A DNA stretch of 64,000 bases from Myxococcota bacterium (GTDB lineage Bacteria; Myxococcota_A; UBA796; GCA-2862545): the NCBI GenBank assembly GCA_039208735.1, contig JBCCQY010000007.1:40841-104840 (forward strand). Direction: 5' to 3'. Below, piece after piece: positions 28,029 to 37,662 of this stretch. Made by a program: the position numbers and the translations under genes. The notes under the pieces are model-generated. The model was not told the origin of the DNA, did no database searches, and was given only the letters and a program-made list of their open reading frames with translations. Each line of letters begins with the position of its first letter. Positions within the stretch are counted from its first letter, which is position 1.

Positions 28029-29173
28029 GCCTGCTCCAGTAGCGTTCGCAATTGTTCTTCAAGCTGCGATATCGAACAAAAGCGCATTTCATGCTTGGCC
28101 GCCGCCCATGCCGCGGCCTCTCGTTCTTGCAACGTGGTGGTGTGTTCCTCAGTGCAAATCAAAAGCGGGGATCCGGCTGCCTCATCGACCCTTTGCCGAA
28201 CCTGATCCGCGTTGTACATCAGCTGGAATGAAGGGATGGCCGCATTCCAAACCAACTGGATGCGTCGCTGGTCTGCATCCACCAGACCGCTCCGTTCTCC
28301 TTCCACCCTCTCGTATTCGAAGGTCATGTCGCCCGACAGATGGCGCAACATCCGGTCGATCCGACGGTCGAAGACATCCCGGCGCCCCAACCCCGCATTG
28401 ACAAAGGAACGTACGCGGGTGTCCAAGCTCCGATCGCCCAGCATCCAATTCCAGTCCCGAGCCTGGGTTTCCAACCGCGCATTGGACTTTACACTGTGTG
28501 GAATCCAACCGTCCTTGCCGATCTGAAGGACCCGTACCGGAGCATGATTGGCCTGGGCAGCCGCGACTTCTCGCTGCACGAACTCCGACCCGACGAGCCC
28601 TGGCGTGCTGAGCAGCAGCAGGAAGTCCGTTTCGCGAATCGCTCGCATGAGGGCGGTGTACCAAGGCTCGCCCCCGACCAGATCCGTACGGTCCCGATAG
28701 ACCTGGAATCCACCAGCTTCGAGCCACCCTTGGACGCGATTTGCGTAGGCCTCCCCATCGTCTGCATTGTACGAAAGGAACAGACGCCGATGATGCCGGT
28801 GAGCCTTCAATCCCAGCTGAATCTGTACGGCTTCTTCAATGGCCTCAGGACTCGTCAAGCGAAGCATTTGCAGGGCATCGAAATCCGTCCAATCGCCTTC
28901 CAGATTGTAGTAGTCGTCGGGCTCCCCTTCGATGACGGGAATGATCGGAACGACCTTGAAGAGGGATCGAAATCGACGAGCCAGAGCCTGATCCTGCACC
29001 GATCCCTGCGTCATCACCAAGACGACCACCACATCGTGGAACGCTTTCAGCTCGGCTTCACCATCGTCGAGAACGACCTCAATCGGCGTTTTTCGAAGCC
29101 GTCGAGCCAGGTCGCTCCGCAACGCTTCGCCACGAGCATGTTCAGCATTCGAAGCGAGAATTCTGCATTCCAT
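28025..29173 (-). CDS. TIR domain protein (central TIR_2 with catalytic Glu; extra N- and C-terminal domains)
   Basis: LFLSY...VYRDRTDLVGGEPW...AIRETDFLLLLSTPGLVGSEFVQREV; GTGA overlap with the SLOG gene. Confidence 0.88.
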   Translation of the reverse strand: MECRILASNAEHARGEALRSDLARRLRKTPIEVVLDDGEAELKAFHDVVVVLVMTQGSVQDQALARRFRSLFKVVPIIPVIEGEPDDYYNLEGDWTDFDALQMLRLTSPEAIEEAVQIQLGLKAHRHHRRLFLSYNADDGEAYANRVQGWLEAGGFQVYRDRTDLVGGEPWYTALMRAIRETDFLLLLSTPGLVGSEFVQREVAAAQANHAPVRVLQIGKDGWIPHSVKSNARLETQARDWNWMLGDRSLDTRVRSFVNAGLGRRDVFDRRIDRMLRHLSGDMTFEYERVEGERSGLVDADQRRIQLVWNAAIPSFQLMYNADQVRQRVDEAAGSPLLICTEEHTTTLQEREAAAWAAAKHEMRFCSISQLEEQLRTLLEQA

Positions 29174-29370
29174 TCGTTCCCAACCCCAACGTTAATGGAC
29201 TATGGTACGGCTCACCTTACAGCAATGGTTCAACTGGATGGAGTTCACGATTGGTGAAGATCGAGGGGAGACCTCTTTGAATCCAATCGGCCGTGCTTCT
29301 GACAGAACCTCGACCGACCCTGACACACGAACCAGTCTCTCTAGGTCATGGTGGTCCCCAAGGAGGCGAC

Positions 29371-30525
29371 ATGGTGTGGCAAAGCGTGGCGATCATGGTC
29401 TTGGGCGCCTGCACAGGCGACTCGCCCGAGACAACCGAGACGGCAGCTCCCGAACCGACCGGGACAACTCCCCCGATGACCGCCGACACGAGTCCAACGG
29501 GAGACACCGGTCCGAAGTCGACCACGGATACCGGCCCAACCCTCCCAAGGGTCCTCCCGCGCGACAGTTTGGTGGTCCCCGACAAGGTTGGCGTGACCTT
29601 TCTCGGCCTCGATGGTTCGCTGCTCGAGTCGTTCACCTGGTCCGACCTGGTTGGCCCCTGCGCAACCTGCGGCGGAGAAGGCGGAAGTCCTGATGGGGAT
29701 GGGCTGCTCCTGTCCTTCACAACCGGCGATGGCCCCGGGAATGTCGGCGCGGTGGCTCGCGTCAATGGCAAGGGTCAACTGGATTTTCGCGTCAACGGGT
29801 TCGCATTTCCGCATGATGTCATTCGCGACCCGGCCGACAACCACTTGGCGGTGGTCGCGACCTTTACGAACGACGTACGGTGGATTGCCGGAGATGGCAG
29901 CTCGGGCACCGTGCTGCGAAGCATCGGCTCGTCCGACCCGGAGTTTCCAAACACGCCAAACGGCGCCGAACTCCTAGAATACAATGGTCGAAACTTTATT
30001 CTCTTGTCCCATCGCCCCAACGCAAACGGACGCATCACCCTGTGGGACATCACCGACCCGAAGGATCCCGTCTTCGTTTGGCGCTTCCCGGAGACCGGGC
30101 GGATCGCGGTGCCTCACGGTCCCATTCTCCGTCAGCGAGGCGCAGATTGGTGGCTGCTTTGGGCCCACACCAACGGGGGACCCTCGGGCCGAGGAAGCGT
30201 AGGCTTGGCCGTGACGACCGACCCGACGCTGCGACCGACCTACGTGGCGGACCTCGATCCAGAGCCCGATATTGCCCCGTTCACGTTCCTTCGCGGCGTG
30301 GAGTTGCTCGACGATGGACGGATGTACGTCACCGACAGCGGAAGTGCCGGCGGCAACGGAGACGGCCGGATCTTCCTTGCCACATTCCCAACCCTAGCCC
30401 CGAGCGGCAACGGCGAGGTGGGTTCCATCGGCGATCAGCGTTTCGAAACCTTGGGCCCAGCCCCGTTGATCTATGACGACGTCACGTCACCCTTCGAAGC
30501 CTGGTACTGGCCTCCCGTCAATTGA
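29371..30525 (+). CDS. Hypothetical lipoprotein, beta-propeller-like
   Basis: RBS AGGAGG; lipobox LGAC; Thr/Pro linker; FPHD, PNG, PHG blade-like motifs. Confidence 0.7.
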   Translation: MVWQSVAIMVLGACTGDSPETTETAAPEPTGTTPPMTADTSPTGDTGPKSTTDTGPTLPRVLPRDSLVVPDKVGVTFLGLDGSLLESFTWSDLVGPCATCGGEGGSPDGDGLLLSFTTGDGPGNVGAVARVNGKGQLDFRVNGFAFPHDVIRDPADNHLAVVATFTNDVRWIAGDGSSGTVLRSIGSSDPEFPNTPNGAELLEYNGRNFILLSHRPNANGRITLWDITDPKDPVFVWRFPETGRIAVPHGPILRQRGADWWLLWAHTNGGPSGRGSVGLAVTTDPTLRPTYVADLDPEPDIAPFTFLRGVELLDDGRMYVTDSGSAGGNGDGRIFLATFPTLAPSGNGEVGSIGDQRFETLGPAPLIYDDVTSPFEAWYWPPVN

Positions 30526-30552
30526 CGATGCGGCTCGTGGTATCCAAGGGCC

Positions 30553-31314
30553 ATGTCGAATTTAAACAACAAAGTCGTGTTGATCACGGGTGCGGCCTCT
30601 GGAATTGGCCAAGCCACCGCAGTGATGATGGTTCAACGAGGCGCCCGGGTCGTGATGACGGACCGAAATGAGCCGGGCGTTGAGGCAGCGGCGGCCGAAC
30701 TCGGCGAAGCGGCACTGGCGATGGCGCTAGACGTGACGGACGAGGCCCGGTGGCCCGAAGTGGTCAGCGCGGCCGAGGCACACTTCGGAGGCGTGCATGC
30801 GCTGGTCAACAACGCAGGCGGAGGCATCCTCAAAGACATCGAGGACACCACCCTCGACGAGTGGCGCATGGTCCATGCGGTGAACGCCGACAGTGTGTTT
30901 CTCGGCACTCGGGCTGTCCTCCCCGCCCTGCGAAGGGCTGGCGGAGGGTCGATCGTCAACGTATCGTCGGTGGCCGGCATTGTGGGCGACGGTCAGCTCG
31001 CTGCGTACTGTTCCGCCAAGGGTGCGGCGCGAATGTTCAGCAAGGCGGCTGCGATGTACTGCGCCCAACGCGGCGAGCCCATCCGAGTGAATTCCGTACA
31101 CCCGAGCTTCATCGACACGCCGCTCGTCCAGGCCATGATCAAGCACTCGCCGGATCCGGACCGCATGCGGCTGCGCCTCGAACGGGCGGCCCCGGTCAAT
31201 CGCATGGGTCGCGTTGAAGAAGTCGCCGAAGTCATCTGCTTTCTCGCCTCGGACGCCGCATCCTATGTGACGGGGGCCGAGTGGACGGTCGATGGCGGAC
31301 TGACCGCGCGCTGA
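30553..31314 (+). CDS. Short-chain dehydrogenase/reductase
   Basis: TGAASGIG, NNAG, YCSAK, IRVNSVHP, VDGG. Confidence 0.95.
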   Translation: MSNLNNKVVLITGAASGIGQATAVMMVQRGARVVMTDRNEPGVEAAAAELGEAALAMALDVTDEARWPEVVSAAEAHFGGVHALVNNAGGGILKDIEDTTLDEWRMVHAVNADSVFLGTRAVLPALRRAGGGSIVNVSSVAGIVGDGQLAAYCSAKGAARMFSKAAAMYCAQRGEPIRVNSVHPSFIDTPLVQAMIKHSPDPDRMRLRLERAAPVNRMGRVEEVAEVICFLASDAASYVTGAEWTVDGGLTAR

Positions 31315-31318
31315 CCGA

Positions 31319-32647
31319 TCAAGGACGATTCGTTGCGAGGTTGCGCGCCCCTCCTTCGGACAGCTCGGCCCAGAACGCCCACGAATCCCCATCGTCTTCG
31401 GTGCGCGACACCACTTGCTCCCACACCCCAAACAACGCTCCGTTGTGTGCCACGATGGCATCGAGCGGCTTTTCGGGAATGGGGAACCACGACAGGCCAT
31501 CGGTGGAACGCCAACCGTCGAGGTCGCCCACGGCGACGTAGGCGGTGCCGCTCCAGGCGACCGATTGCAGCTTGCCTCCACCTTCGTCCACGAACGTCCA
31601 CACCAGTCCGTCGGTGCTTCGCCACCGCTCGCCCCCTTCGCCCACCGCCACGAAGCCGGGCGGCCCCCAGGTCAGGCCGAAGAACTCTGGCGCACCTGGA
31701 ATCGTGCCGAACGTCCATCTCTCGCCATCCGAAGAGACCCCGACCTCTTCATCGCTCAAGACCACGATGGTGTCTGGGGAGGCGGTCATGACTCGCCACA
31801 CCACCCCTTCCTGGGCACGAACCGTCCACGCTAGCCCATCGTCGGACGACAGCAAATCCCCACCGAAGCTCGCCGCAACAAACCGTCCATCGAATGCCGT
31901 CACGGTCGAGAGCACGGGCTCAGTATCGGTGAGTTCCCAGGTCAGCCCTTGATCGACCGAGGTTCCCGATCGACCGGACGCATCACCGCCCACCACCACC
32001 CAACGGCCGTTGGCGTAGGCTGCCGCGCCAAAGAACCCGGCTGCCTCGGTCTGGAGGTAGGTCGGCGCCGGAGGCGTGGTCACGCTGGCTCGCAGTCCCG
32101 GATCCCCCACCACGAGCAATACGGGAGGCTCAGGATTGTCGGGCGCACGGTCCGCACCCCGGCCTGCAGCGCCTTGGGCCCGTTCGAGCAGGTCGAGTTG
32201 CCCGTCTGCCTCGATCTCTCGGTAGACCCCCGAACGTCGAGCAAGCCCTTCCACGTCGCCCGGCTCGCCAAGCTCGATGATCCAGCGTTCCCGAGCGAAC
32301 ACCACCCCGCGAATGTCGATCGTAGCGGTTGCTTCGTCGATCTCCGTGAGCGTCTCCCCAGCCGCCCGAAGGTTTTGCAATCCCACGTCCAGGGTGCACC
32401 ATTGTCCGTCAGGAATGCGGAAGGCTGCGCCCTCGAGCAGGTCTTCCTCCACAATCACCGAGCCCGCTTCGCCCTCGCAGCTCGTAAAGGTCGCGGAAAC
32501 CCTGCGGGCGGTCGCAACCTCCCAGACGCTCCCTTCCGTATCTGGGGGGGCAATCCGCACCGACGCCGTGCCGGGATTTCCGACCGCGGTACCCCCTCCT
32601 TCGCGCCACAGCCCACAACCCACGAGCAACAGCAATCCGAGCATCAC
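31319..32647 (-). CDS. Lipoprotein with N-terminal NPG/two-Cys domain and BNR/Asp-box propeller
   Basis: Lipobox LVGC; repeats SVDQGLTW, SSDDGLAW, SSDGERW, STDGLVW, STDGLSW. Confidence 0.8.
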   Translation of the reverse strand: MMLGLLLLVGCGLWREGGGTAVGNPGTASVRIAPPDTEGSVWEVATARRVSATFTSCEGEAGSVIVEEDLLEGAAFRIPDGQWCTLDVGLQNLRAAGETLTEIDEATATIDIRGVVFARERWIIELGEPGDVEGLARRSGVYREIEADGQLDLLERAQGAAGRGADRAPDNPEPPVLLVVGDPGLRASVTTPPAPTYLQTEAAGFFGAAAYANGRWVVVGGDASGRSGTSVDQGLTWELTDTEPVLSTVTAFDGRFVAASFGGDLLSSDDGLAWTVRAQEGVVWRVMTASPDTIVVLSDEEVGVSSDGERWTFGTIPGAPEFFGLTWGPPGFVAVGEGGERWRSTDGLVWTFVDEGGGKLQSVAWSGTAYVAVGDLDGWRSTDGLSWFPIPEKPLDAIVAHNGALFGVWEQVVSRTEDDGDSWAFWAELSEGGARNLATNRP

Positions 32648-33498
32648 GTGCCTCCCTCGTCCTCACCCGGCGTGGACAACGGAAAGAAGTTTAGGTTGAA
32701 CTGGAAGACCTGGCCCGCGGGGGGCTCTGCGTTCGCACAGAGTTCGAGGATGCGCTCTTGGAAGGCATTGAACTCGTCTTTCAAGGTCGGCACAAGCGAC
32801 GGTGGTGCACTGACGGTGACCGCGAGGAAGTGTCGTTCCTGGGGTTGCACATCGGACAAGGCCTGCTTGGCGCGCTCCAGCATGCCCTGATGGTAGTTGT
32901 AGGCGGCAAGGCCCGCGAGTTCGTGGGGCGTGACGACGCTGCCCCCGCCGTGGCTCACCCGTCCATCGTCATGGCGCACCAATAACTCAAGTTCGAACAG
33001 TAGATCCAGGGCTTGGCGCGCCTGGCGGGCGGTGATGCGAGGCCGGATCTGTCTTGCTACCCATGCGGGATCGTCGCGAAACGAATCGCGATTGGCCAGT
33101 TCCCGAATCGCAGGGTGAATCCAGTTCGACAGGTAGCGAACGCTATCGCCTTCGATGCGACGAGCCTCACGGAATCGTCGACTGGCCATGATGTCGACCC
33201 ACACCGCGTTCTTTTCGGTGGGTGTCTCGGCCTGATCGAGCTGCACAAGCAGCCGAAAGAACCGGGCTTCGGTGGAACCTAGCGAAAGCGCCTTCTGAAA
33301 TCCCTCGATTCCCGCCTGGGTCAGGTTGCGACGCCCCGCGATCACATCCGAGAGCAGCGACGGCGAGCGCTGGCCGGTTCGCGCCACGAAGGCCCGATGG
33401 CTGAATTTTGGATTCGCTACCTTCTTAGCATCGAACCACTCGGACAAGTACGCCCGGTAGTCCAGAAACGCGAACACGCTGGGAAGATCGTCGGCCAC
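32644..33498 (-). CDS. TIGR02147-family protein (HTH + DUF4423)
   Basis: VFAFLDYRAYL...NPKFSHRAF...SPSLL...GRRNLT; W.HPAIREL; YHQ; VFQFNLNFFPLS. Confidence 0.92.
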   Translation of the reverse strand: MADDLPSVFAFLDYRAYLSEWFDAKKVANPKFSHRAFVARTGQRSPSLLSDVIAGRRNLTQAGIEGFQKALSLGSTEARFFRLLVQLDQAETPTEKNAVWVDIMASRRFREARRIEGDSVRYLSNWIHPAIRELANRDSFRDDPAWVARQIRPRITARQARQALDLLFELELLVRHDDGRVSHGGGSVVTPHELAGLAAYNYHQGMLERAKQALSDVQPQERHFLAVTVSAPPSLVPTLKDEFNAFQERILELCANAEPPAGQVFQFNLNFFPLSTPGEDEGGT

Positions 33499-33671
33499 GT
33501 CCCCTCATAGTAGCTCTCGCCACGGATTCCCAGTGCAGTCTGACTACCCAATCAAGCCTGCAAAAATCGAAGCTTTCATCCCATTTAGGGTGTCCCGTAC
33601 TGAAGGCCAGTACGCAATGTCTCAGTACACCTACCGCTGCCGTCCTACGGGCCAAGACATCAGGAGGGCGC

Positions 33672-35339
33672 ATGCCAGGACCCCGATGGCTCGTTGGAGT
33701 CGTGATGCTTGTTGCGTGCGGAGGTGGACCCAACAAGGATTCCGTCTTCGAATGCGACGTCTCCACTGCACCCAGTCCCACTCCGATGCGGCGGTTGTCC
33801 CACGACCAGTATCGGCAGACGGTGCACCACGCGATCGAACGGCTTGGCGGCTCCGTGCTCCGGGAGCGTGTGGGAGAGCGTGTGGACGCGCTCATCGACC
33901 GCATTCCCGACGACTTCGCGGACGAGACGTTGTCGCGCGAGGATCAGGTCATTTCACAGACCCATGCTGAACAATGGTACCTCGTGGCCGAGACGGTTGC
34001 CGATGGGGTTCGCACGCTAGACCCACTGCCTTGCGACGACCCGCTTTGTGTTCCGGAGTTCATCGAGACGCAAGGGTCGCGATTGCTGCGGCATCCGTTG
34101 AATGACGAGGAACGAACGTTTTTCGGGTCGATTTACGATGCGGTGCCCGACCATGCCGACGGCATTCGCGACCTGGTGCTGGTGTGGCTGAGTCACCCGA
34201 TGTTCGTGATGCAGGTCGAACATGGAGCGAGCGAAGACGGTTCCGACACCACCGCCCTCACGGGACCCGAACTCGCCAGTCGCTTGTCGTACCACGCGTG
34301 GAATGCACCACCCGACGATGCGCTTTGGACGAAGGCCCTCGACGGTTCCCTGCTGGACGAAGCGGTCTACGTGGCAGAGGTCGAACGACTCTTCGATGAC
34401 GGGCGGAGCCGGGGACCTCGGGAGCGCTTCTTCCGCGATTGGCTGCAACTCGACACGGTGCCGCGACTCGATCTACAGGTGGGTCAACCTCGGTTTGACG
34501 CCTTTCGTGGTGATGTGACGCCGACCGCAGAACTCTCCGAACTCGTTCGAGACGACACGCTGAACCTCCTCGAATGGCACATCCGCAACCGGAGCCCCCT
34601 GGACGACGTGTTCACGGCGGCGGTCCACACCGTCACCGAACCCGAGGTCGGCGCTCTATACGGCACCAACCAGCTGTGGGACGGGCACTCGGACCCCGAA
34701 ACCCTCACCACCGGACACGGTGGCCTGCTGACCCGACCCGCATTCCACGTCGCGGGCACCGCCAGCACCCGACCCATTCGCAAAGGGGTCCTCATTCGTC
34801 GCCGCATCCTGTGTGACTCGCTCGGCGACCCTCCCGCCGACCTCGGACCCGAACCCGAGATCGATCCCGCGGCGACCCAGCGCCAACGCACCGAACAGCT
34901 CACCGAGATCGAAGGCTCGATCTGCGCAGGCTGCCACACCTTCGTCAATCCCTTGGGCTACGCGACCGAGCGCTTTGATGGGCTGGGTCGCGCGCGCACC
35001 CAAGAAACGGTGTGGGGACTTGAAGGGGAGCGGCTTGCCACCTCGCCCGTCGACGATGAAGGCATGCTTCGCATCGAAGCCACTGACGAGACGGTCACCG
35101 CGGGCCACGAAGCGCTCGCCGAAGCCCTTGCGGACTCGGCCAAGACGGACGCGTGCTTGGCGCGGTTCTGGTTCCGCCACACCTGGGGCCGCCACGAAGA
35201 CGAAGCCGTGGACGGCTGTGTGCTGCAGGGTGTGGAGCAGCGCCTCCAGCAAGGCGAAAGCCTCGACGAAGCCCTGCGCGCCATCGCACTTGACCCCACC
35301 TTCCGCCAGCGTCGTTTCGACGAAGGAGAGACCCCATGA
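33672..35339 (+). CDS. DUF1587/DUF1592/DUF1588-type lipoprotein with CxxCH motif
   Basis: MRRLSHDQY, ELASRLSY...PPDD.L, GGLLT, TRPIRKG, CAGCH...NPLG...E.FD.LGR. Confidence 0.88.
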   Translation: MPGPRWLVGVVMLVACGGGPNKDSVFECDVSTAPSPTPMRRLSHDQYRQTVHHAIERLGGSVLRERVGERVDALIDRIPDDFADETLSREDQVISQTHAEQWYLVAETVADGVRTLDPLPCDDPLCVPEFIETQGSRLLRHPLNDEERTFFGSIYDAVPDHADGIRDLVLVWLSHPMFVMQVEHGASEDGSDTTALTGPELASRLSYHAWNAPPDDALWTKALDGSLLDEAVYVAEVERLFDDGRSRGPRERFFRDWLQLDTVPRLDLQVGQPRFDAFRGDVTPTAELSELVRDDTLNLLEWHIRNRSPLDDVFTAAVHTVTEPEVGALYGTNQLWDGHSDPETLTTGHGGLLTRPAFHVAGTASTRPIRKGVLIRRRILCDSLGDPPADLGPEPEIDPAATQRQRTEQLTEIEGSICAGCHTFVNPLGYATERFDGLGRARTQETVWGLEGERLATSPVDDEGMLRIEATDETVTAGHEALAEALADSAKTDACLARFWFRHTWGRHEDEAVDGCVLQGVEQRLQQGESLDEALRAIALDPTFRQRRFDEGETP

Positions 35340-36838
35340 ACCGTCGCATGTTCTTGCGCACCGCGGGAGGGGCCGCGGTCACCATCCCGGTCCTCGGGTC
35401 GCTGCTTCCGGCCCATGCCGCCGAACCCTCCTCGATCCGCTTTGTGGCCATGGCCACGCAGCACGGAGGCATCTGGGGCGAGCACATGTGGCCCACCGAC
35501 GCCACGCTGAACGAAACCCAAGACATTGGACACACGATTCGACGCGGTGACCTGTCGTGGGTCGAGCAGGGGGGTGACGTCGTCCTCTCTCAGGTGCTGA
35601 CCGCCCGTGGACACCACCTCACGCCATCGGTGCGCGACCAGTTGGCCCTCATCCGCGGGGTCGACGTGCCCTTCTACATCAGTCATCACACCGGCGGGTA
35701 CCTCGGGAACTACGGCCGTAACGACACCGAGTTCGAGACCGACAATCCGGTGCCCTACCACCCCACGATCGACCAAGTCATGGCGTGGTCAGAGGGCTTT
35801 TACGGTTCGCTGCTCGGCGTCACCCAGCGAAGCGTGCACATCGGCCACCCCATGAGCTGGGGGTATGCGAATCCCGTGGCCCAGGCTGGCGACATCGATC
35901 CCATGCCCACGACCTGGCATTCGACCGAACTCTTCGCGTCCCTGTTTGGAACTGGTGACGCCAGCCAAGGCGAGGACCGACGACTCGTGGTCGACCAGGT
36001 GCTGGAAAGCTACCGGCGCCTCCGAGAGGGTGCATTTGGCCCAGGTCGTCGGCTTTCGCAGGGTGACCGGACTCGGCTAGACGCGCACATGGAACGCTTG
36101 TTCGAGGTCGAACGTCGACTCACCGCGCTGGGTTCCTGCGGCGAGGTTCCCCAACCTCCCCTCGACACCGACGCACATCCGGGCGCCCCGTTTGAGTCCT
36201 TCGATCTCGAAGCGGTGGAGGCGTACCACGAGTTGTGGATCGACGTGTTGGCACTTGCATTGATCTGCGGGGCGACCCGGATCGCCACCTACAACTGCCT
36301 CCACACCTTCGAGCCGTGGGTGGGCGACTGGCATCAAGACATCGCGCATGAGGCCTGGGTGGACTTGGATGCCGAGCAGCACCTGGTTCGGGGCCATCAG
36401 CGCTTCTTCGACCAAGTCTTCTGCGAACTCGCGTCGCGCCTCGACGTGCCCGATTCCGATGGCAACACTGTGCTGAACAACAGCCTCTTGGTGTGGATGC
36501 ACGAAAGCGGCCCTGCCACCCACGACATGATTTCCACCCCGGTCATCACCGCCGGAGGGGCGAGCGGCGCCTGGCGAACCGGCCAATACGTCGACTACCG
36601 GAACCGCGAAAGCCGAGCCCTGGGTCAAGACGAGTACAACCCCATTGTCGTGGCCCAACGGCCGGGCTTGCTGCACGGTCAGCTGCTCGGCAGTCTGCTT
36701 CGCGCCGTCGGCGTGCCCGACCACGCTTGGCAGCGGTCCGAAAACCCCGGCTTTGGACCCCATCGGAACGACTCTCTCAACGCGTGGCCCCGCTACGTGG
36801 AACAGATGGCCAACGACCCGCTGCCGTTCTTCGGTTGA
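35336..36838 (+). CDS. DUF1552 (HXXSHH-family) protein with Tat signal
   Basis: MNRRMFLR Tat motif; PTIDQ, RLDAH...VERRL, WHQDIAH; ATGA-coupled to the DUF1592 gene. Confidence 0.85.
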   Translation: MNRRMFLRTAGGAAVTIPVLGSLLPAHAAEPSSIRFVAMATQHGGIWGEHMWPTDATLNETQDIGHTIRRGDLSWVEQGGDVVLSQVLTARGHHLTPSVRDQLALIRGVDVPFYISHHTGGYLGNYGRNDTEFETDNPVPYHPTIDQVMAWSEGFYGSLLGVTQRSVHIGHPMSWGYANPVAQAGDIDPMPTTWHSTELFASLFGTGDASQGEDRRLVVDQVLESYRRLREGAFGPGRRLSQGDRTRLDAHMERLFEVERRLTALGSCGEVPQPPLDTDAHPGAPFESFDLEAVEAYHELWIDVLALALICGATRIATYNCLHTFEPWVGDWHQDIAHEAWVDLDAEQHLVRGHQRFFDQVFCELASRLDVPDSDGNTVLNNSLLVWMHESGPATHDMISTPVITAGGASGAWRTGQYVDYRNRESRALGQDEYNPIVVAQRPGLLHGQLLGSLLRAVGVPDHAWQRSENPGFGPHRNDSLNAWPRYVEQMANDPLPFFG

Positions 36839-36850
36839 GCCAGCAGGCGC

Positions 36851-37243
36851 CTACTGCTTGGAGAGGCGCCGCGTCAGACTCGACTGGAACGCAAGCGTGT
36901 CGAGGCCCATCAGGGCCGGCGAAGGAGGCTGGCCCGACACTTCACAGAACAATTCCCGGTTGGGCGTGACGCCCCGAAGCTCCGCTCGGCACACCAGCTG
37001 GGCACAGTCCAGGCCCGCGGTCGACAAGAACGCGGTCATGCTCTGTTGGGCCACCAGCTGTGGGTCACCGGTGGCTTCAGCGATCTCGGCCCCTTCCGCG
37101 CATCCACGACGCGCCGCTTCGCTGCCCATCGCCCAGTAAAAGAACAAGAATCCGGCGTGCAGGGTTCCAAAGAGGAACATCACGAAAAACGGAATCGTCA
37201 ATGCGAATTCGACGGCGTTCGCGCCGCGCCGTGTCCGGCTCAT
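36851..37243 (-). CDS. TadE-like pseudopilin
   Basis: RRGANAVEFALTIP prepilin motif. Confidence 0.85.
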   Translation of the reverse strand: MSRTRRGANAVEFALTIPFFVMFLFGTLHAGFLFFYWAMGSEAARRGCAEGAEIAEATGDPQLVAQQSMTAFLSTAGLDCAQLVCRAELRGVTPNRELFCEVSGQPPSPALMGLDTLAFQSSLTRRLSKQ

Positions 37244-37662
37244 GGCTGATCCAGCGTCGCGAGTGTGGTTTGGTAGGAAATGGCAAATGGCACGGGAAAC
37301 AGGATTCCGCTGAACCGGGATGACAGGGGAGCCGTGCCCCGAATCGTGACGTGCGACACGCCTCCGCGGTCCTCGAACCCGATCGCTACAACCACGTCGT
37401 CACGCTTCCAACCTGCGCGTTCGGCGGCGTCTTTGACTTCGTTGTCGGCGATGGCCGTCACGTTGGTCTCGTACTCACCGGGCTTCAAGGGGTCCCGAAG
37501 CGTTACCGACGCACGCCGCGAGCCCTCGGAAACCGCATCGACCAGGGCCGCGTGGGACATCAGAACCCACGACACCGTAATGATACCGCCGATGAAGGTC
37601 GCGAGCATCGGCACCACAAGGGCGAACTCGACCACCGTTGCGCCTCGTCGCTGGGAACCCAT
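37240..37662 (-). CDS. TadE-like pseudopilin
   Basis: RRGATVVEFALVVP...AVSEGSRRAS. Confidence 0.85.
   Translation of the reverse strand: MGSQRRGATVVEFALVVPMLATFIGGIITVSWVLMSHAALVDAVSEGSRRASVTLRDPLKPGEYETNVTAIADNEVKDAAERAGWKRDDVVVAIGFEDRGGVSHVTIRGTAPLSSRFSGILFPVPFAISYQTTLATLDQP

Noticed and set aside
27342..29173. Canonical Thoeris (thsA/thsB) call
   Set aside because: No SIR2, Macro or TM effector domain is present, so gene symbols were not assigned
33672..36838. DUF1592/DUF1552 pair as a novel system
   Set aside because: A widespread, already catalogued gene pair in myxobacteria and planctomycetes; nothing distinctive here
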